A model generated the notes under the pieces. It was not told the origin of the DNA and searched no databases. It saw only the letters and a program-made list of their open reading frames with translations. DNA of 64,000 bases from Opitutales bacterium (GTDB taxonomy: Bacteria > Verrucomicrobiota > Verrucomicrobiia > Opitutales > PNEW01). This document shows positions 60,286-64,000 of this stretch, piece by piece. The stretch is from positions 224,001 through 288,000 of the forward strand of contig CBDANS010000006.1 of assembly GCA_965197745.1 (NCBI GenBank). Reading direction: 5' to 3'. Both the position numbers and the translations under genes were made by a program. Positions within the stretch are counted from its first letter, which is position 1. The number at the start of each line of letters is the position of its first letter.

Positions 60286-60486
60286 ATGCCCGTAGAAGTA
60301 AGAATACGCAGGGGTGAACCCATGGAACGCGCGCTCCGTCGCCTCAAAAAAAGGCTCGACCGCGAAGGCGTCATTCGTGATGTCCGCTCCAAAAGGTATT
60401 TTGAAAAACCATCAGAAATAAGACGGCGTAAGAAAAAAGTGGCGGCATTCACCAATATGCTGAGAGTGCGCCACGAGAACAGTTGA
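60286..60486 (+). CDS. rpsU: 30S ribosomal protein S21
   Basis: MPVEVRIRRGEPMERALRRLKK...RYFEKPSEIRRRKKK. True start ATG 60286, not 60193. Confidence 0.95.
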   Translation: MPVEVRIRRGEPMERALRRLKKRLDREGVIRDVRSKRYFEKPSEIRRRKKKVAAFTNMLRVRHENS

Positions 60487-60520
60487 GCTGAAGATTGCGT
60501 ATCTCGGATTGTAGAGAATG

Positions 60521-60669
60521 TCAAAGGTGGAATGCGCTGCGATTAGGCTGAGCTCATCGAAGTCCTGCCTGCCATAGCTCTACATAGTAAGGCGACGGTT
60601 GGCCCCTGGCGCGTTTTATATATAGGTATTTGAATAAGCGTGCTGGAGACAGCCCGCTTCACCATTTGA
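60521..60669. repeat. Degenerate composite REP-like palindromic element between rpsU and mutY
   Basis: Outer imperfect inverted ends tcaaaggtggaatgcg / cgcttcaccatttga, enclosing GC-rich fragments ctgagctcatcgaag and cctgccatagc...gcgacgg. Confidence 0.4.
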
Positions 60670-60698
60670 GATAAAATAAAGAGTATTTTACACCTCCT

Positions 60699-61745
60699 TC
60701 AATCCCCAATCGTTTCGTTGATCCAACGGCGGTGAGGACCGGAGAGGGTAATCGATTTCATTCTTGCGAGGGAGATCCAATGAAGCTCAGGAGTCGATTC
60801 AACGATGCTTGCGATCTCCATCGTGGGTTTCACGCGATAGATTCTCTCTTCAATACGCTGATTGCTGATAGCTCGCGTTTTTTTCATCATGCATTTTTTT
60901 CCCCTGAAATTATTCACTAATCCGTCAGCAGAGGGCAGCTCATAAATATCAGCCAGCCGTTTTGACTTGGGTGACGCTCGGTGCAAGAGAAGGGTGCTAT
61001 CCTGCTCTACCCATAAGCGTTTAATTTTTATACGATGCGTCTGTCTTTGCTTTAAACGTGGATATATTTCCATGTCACCACGATTGCCGGAGGTACAATT
61101 CGCAAGAATAGGACACTTCGCGCAGCGTGGTTTTGACCGCAGGCAAATGGTAGCCCCTAGTTCCATCATCGCCTGGTTGTGTGTTCCGGGATCCTTTTTA
61201 TTGAGTAATATATCTGCGAGGGGTCCCAGTTCTCGATGAGCCGTATTGTTGTCCCTGAATACAGTAGCATCAGCGGTAAGACGCGTCAGGATACGAATAA
61301 CATTACCATCAATCACCGCTGCTGGATAATTAAAACTGATACTGGAGATAGCGGCAGCTGTATACGGACCTATGCCGGCATATTGAATCCACTCATCATA
61401 ACGGCTTGGTGTAACCTCTTCCTTCACCAATACGCGCGCTAACTTGTGAAGGCTGCGGGCCCGCGAGTAATATCCCAGACCTTCCCAGTATTTTAGAACA
61501 GTTTGTTCCTTTGCCTCAGCCAGGGTTTTAAAATCATGAAAAACGGCAATCCATCTTTGAAAATAAGGGACGACGGTATTTACATGTGTCTGTTGCAGCA
61601 TGAACTCTGAGACTACGGTTTTATAGAGCGTGGGTTCGTGACGCCAGGGGAGGTTACGCTGATATTCAGCATACCAGTGACGCAGTTTTTTTTGAATCAC
61701 TGCTCTCTCTTTAATCAGTCTGGCTTTGGCCTCTACTGGGGACAT
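60699..61745 (-). CDS. mutY: A/G-specific adenine glycosylase
   Basis: RNLPWR, VSEFMLQQT, WEGLGYYSRAR, HhH GIGPYTA, DGNV.R, C-x6-C-x2-C-x5-C Fe-S motif. Confidence 0.95.
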   Translation of the reverse strand: MSPVEAKARLIKERAVIQKKLRHWYAEYQRNLPWRHEPTLYKTVVSEFMLQQTHVNTVVPYFQRWIAVFHDFKTLAEAKEQTVLKYWEGLGYYSRARSLHKLARVLVKEEVTPSRYDEWIQYAGIGPYTAAAISSISFNYPAAVIDGNVIRILTRLTADATVFRDNNTAHRELGPLADILLNKKDPGTHNQAMMELGATICLRSKPRCAKCPILANCTSGNRGDMEIYPRLKQRQTHRIKIKRLWVEQDSTLLLHRASPKSKRLADIYELPSADGLVNNFRGKKCMMKKTRAISNQRIEERIYRVKPTMEIASIVESTPELHWISLARMKSITLSGPHRRWINETIGD

Positions 61746-61898
61746 GCAAAAATAAGTGGGTGATTAACGATCACATGAGCCATCCCAGGTAGTATACTTG
61801 GAGGGCGTTTTATTGGTCAAGGAGATCAAGCTATGTGCACAGAGTCACCCTTCTCATCACTCGACATCGCTCGAGAATGGTAAGTATAATCGTAATGG

Positions 61899-62387
61899 TT
61901 AGCTGTCTTCTCTTGTTTCTTTTTTCGGGAAAGTGAGTTCCATGAAAAGAAACGGACCGTCTTCATCCTGTATTGCGAATCCGAGTTTTTCGTACAACCG
62001 GATGCTGTCGCGGTTGATGTCTAAAGCCCTGAGGCGCAACGGAACATTGCGCAGCTTGGCATGTTTGATCACCTCCCGAAGCACAGCTGTTCCGATTCCC
62101 TTGTGTTGAAACTCGGGGAGCACGTACAACTCGTCAACCTTGGTGTGGTCCTCATCATCGAGCACGGAAATCCAACCAACTACAGTACCGTTTTGCACAA
62201 TGAGGTCCGTGTTCTTTGGGGAGAACCGGTCTTTGTGACGCCCGAGCTGGACCCGTTCATCCCACCCGAACACTTCACGTACGTACTGACCACCCGCCGA
62301 CTTCTTGATCGCGAAGGTCAAGTCAATGTCAGAATCTGACGCCTGTCTCAGCGAGATGTCTTCACGCCCAGGTATGCTCTTGTTCAA
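61899..62387 (-). CDS. GNAT family N-acetyltransferase
   Basis: LYVLPEFQHKGIGT, N..SIRLYEKLGF. Confidence 0.9.
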   Translation of the reverse strand: MNKSIPGREDISLRQASDSDIDLTFAIKKSAGGQYVREVFGWDERVQLGRHKDRFSPKNTDLIVQNGTVVGWISVLDDEDHTKVDELYVLPEFQHKGIGTAVLREVIKHAKLRNVPLRLRALDINRDSIRLYEKLGFAIQDEDGPFLFMELTFPKKETREDS

Positions 62388-62553
62388 TAGGGATCACCTC
62401 CGAATAGAATCGTCTGACAGTAAACGTATTGCAGGCAATATCTACGCATCTGCCCATTAGGTATCATAATATTTGAAACGATAGGCTCAAGAGAAATTGG
62501 ATACTCGGATGCCGAACACAGCAATGGCTATGGCTTGAGAATCAACTTCATCA

Positions 62554-63646
62554 TTAGTCAGTCCAGAGCTTTGAGCATTCCAGATCATCAAAAGCGGTGA
62601 GCGCTTTCTGTAACATTGGCATCCAAAAGTGCTTCATTTCCAGGTGCCCCGGGCCGCGGCACCACTCCACTGCCATAAATACGCTCATTGCTGTTGTCAG
62701 GTGGTAGTCTTCATATAGCTGTTCCCATGTGTAGCCTTTAATTCCACGCTCAACAAGGTTCGTGTGATAATGCTTCAGTATCGGACGTTCCAGCTCCCTG
62801 CGCGTTTCCACTTCCCAAAAGTTTATAATCGCGTAGGATAGATCATAGACCCCCAGCCAGGTTGTCAGACACCAATCGAAGGGGGCACGGTCAATAATGT
62901 ATATCGGACGATCACCATCGATGGGAACCAGGATGTTTGCCGGGCTGACGTCACCGTGGATAAGGGTGAATCCGTTCGAGTTCCGGGTGCGCTCGATCAG
63001 CAACCGAGGGTGATGATCGTAGAGGTCCTCCATAGTTTGAGGCCAGTGGGGTTCGAGTTCATCTCCATAGCTACTCAGAATGTGCTCTACACCTGGTCGG
63101 GAAATCTGAACATATTGTTCGATCACTTCGGAACCATGGATCGGTTTGCCGCCCTCCTCGAGACGCTCCGCGCCCCACCAATGCGCGTGCAACGCAGCAA
63201 GCGCCTCCGCAAATACAAGGCCGTGCTCGAGTCCGAGGTATCTTATAGCTATCTACATGGGTCTCTGACAGGTCCTCGAGCAAAATGTGATACCGTGTAT
63301 TATCTTCCGAAACGGCTGCATCGTAGCATCTGGCGATTGGGGCATCCTCAACACCGAGGTAATCGCGTGTATAGTAGTCTACTTCGGTGGAAAGCAGAGT
63401 ATCATCTTCGTCGATAGCTGTATTGACGATTTTAAGGAACAATCGGGCCGGTAAAGCACCCGTAGATCCGTCCACATAATTCAGTCGCAATTGGGCGTTC
63501 GTTGAAAGCTCACGCTCCAGCCTGTCAAGGATTTCTAATCCATCGACTGCACCCACATCCAGCGCTCCGGAACGCTTCAGAGCACGGGTCAGCCACTCGG
63601 CAGTTATCTGATCCAAGTTCTCGATTACTTTCTTGGTCACGATCAA
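62554..63646 (-). pseudogene. APH/choline-kinase-like phosphotransferase split by a frameshift
   Basis: N-half (LFLK, E..YY, ILLEDLSE) in ORF 63071-63646; C-half (LAALHAHWW, LIHGD...N, IID, GVYDLSY) in another frame; switch near 63230-63255. Confidence 0.8.
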
Positions 63647-64000
63647 CTAACTTTCTTATCGTTAGACAGAAGATGGCCACTTAACATATTGATGGAAGCA
63701 ACTCGTTGGTCTTTCCCTCTTGCTTCAATTATTTCTTCAAGCCAATGGGCTAATTCTTCATTTTCAGCCCATCTTGCCATATCCACAACATTTCCTTCTT
63801 CACCAGGATCACCGACTATCAAGGTCGGATCGGCACCCATCTCTAATAATAATTCGATCATTCCCTTATCTCCATGCGAACAGGTTGCTTGTGTTATTGG
63901 CAGCCAACGTTGAGCAGTCCAAGGATGGTTGACAACCCATGGTTCTCGTACAGCTAATTCTTTTAGATTCTCCTTCTCATTTTCAGATGCATAGTTTTGT
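63643..64000 (-). CDS. Ankyrin-repeat protein, 5' end off the window
   Basis: Frame open to the window edge: ...WLPITQATCSHGDKGMIELLLEMGADPT... Confidence 0.7.
   Translation of the reverse strand, partial: QNYASENEKENLKELAVREPWVVNHPWTAQRWLPITQATCSHGDKGMIELLLEMGADPTLIVGDPGEEGNVVDMARWAENEELAHWLEEIIEARGKDQRVASINMLSGHLLSNDKKVS

Noticed and set aside
61746..63720. Integron cassette array with attC sites
   Set aside because: Only partial core-like words (AGCTAAC, GTTAAGT) without the paired R''/L''/L'/R' structure or spacing; no integrase in the window.
1..64000. tRNA, rRNA, transposase, prophage or defence-system genes
   Set aside because: No T-loop/cloverleaf, rRNA-like, DDE/HUH transposase, integrase or phage motifs recognised by eye.

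Overview
Bacterial chromosomal window of moderate GC, densely coding. Gene content and style (exosortase-EpsI fusion, archaeal/eukaryote-type ProRS, SD-less leaders, several PhyH/sulfatase/Gfo-Idh-MocA genes) suggest Verrucomicrobiota, possibly Opitutales; this is an inference only. Housekeeping genes include proA (partial), pyrG, eda, proS, rodA, an Rne/Rng RNase, xseA, rpsT, rpsU, mutY, a DinG-family helicase, RNase P RNA and a 31-aa bS22-like ORF missed by the ORF track. Two envelope-glycan loci are interspersed: an exosortase/sulfotransferase/Wzx/Wzy-type EPS locus (13.4-22.7 kb) and a GtrA/GT2/methyltransferase/GT-C locus (39.5-47.8 kb). The strongest leads are: (1) a tightly coupled three-gene operon encoding an exported type-1-copper cupredoxin-like protein, a HAMP class III adenylate cyclase and an outer-membrane beta-barrel (32.2-35.9 kb), a candidate trans-envelope Cu/redox-to-cAMP signalling system; (2) a sigma-54-driven secreted protein with RRxYNA repeats, upstream enhancer palindromes and a 1-nt frameshift (9.9-10.9 kb); (3) a ~345-bp tandem of composite REP-like modules with unrelated inner spacers (2.3-3.0 kb). 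Three genes appear interrupted (two frameshifts, one in-frame TGA). No CRISPR array, tRNA, rRNA, transposase or integrase was seen. All assignments are by eye, without database searches.
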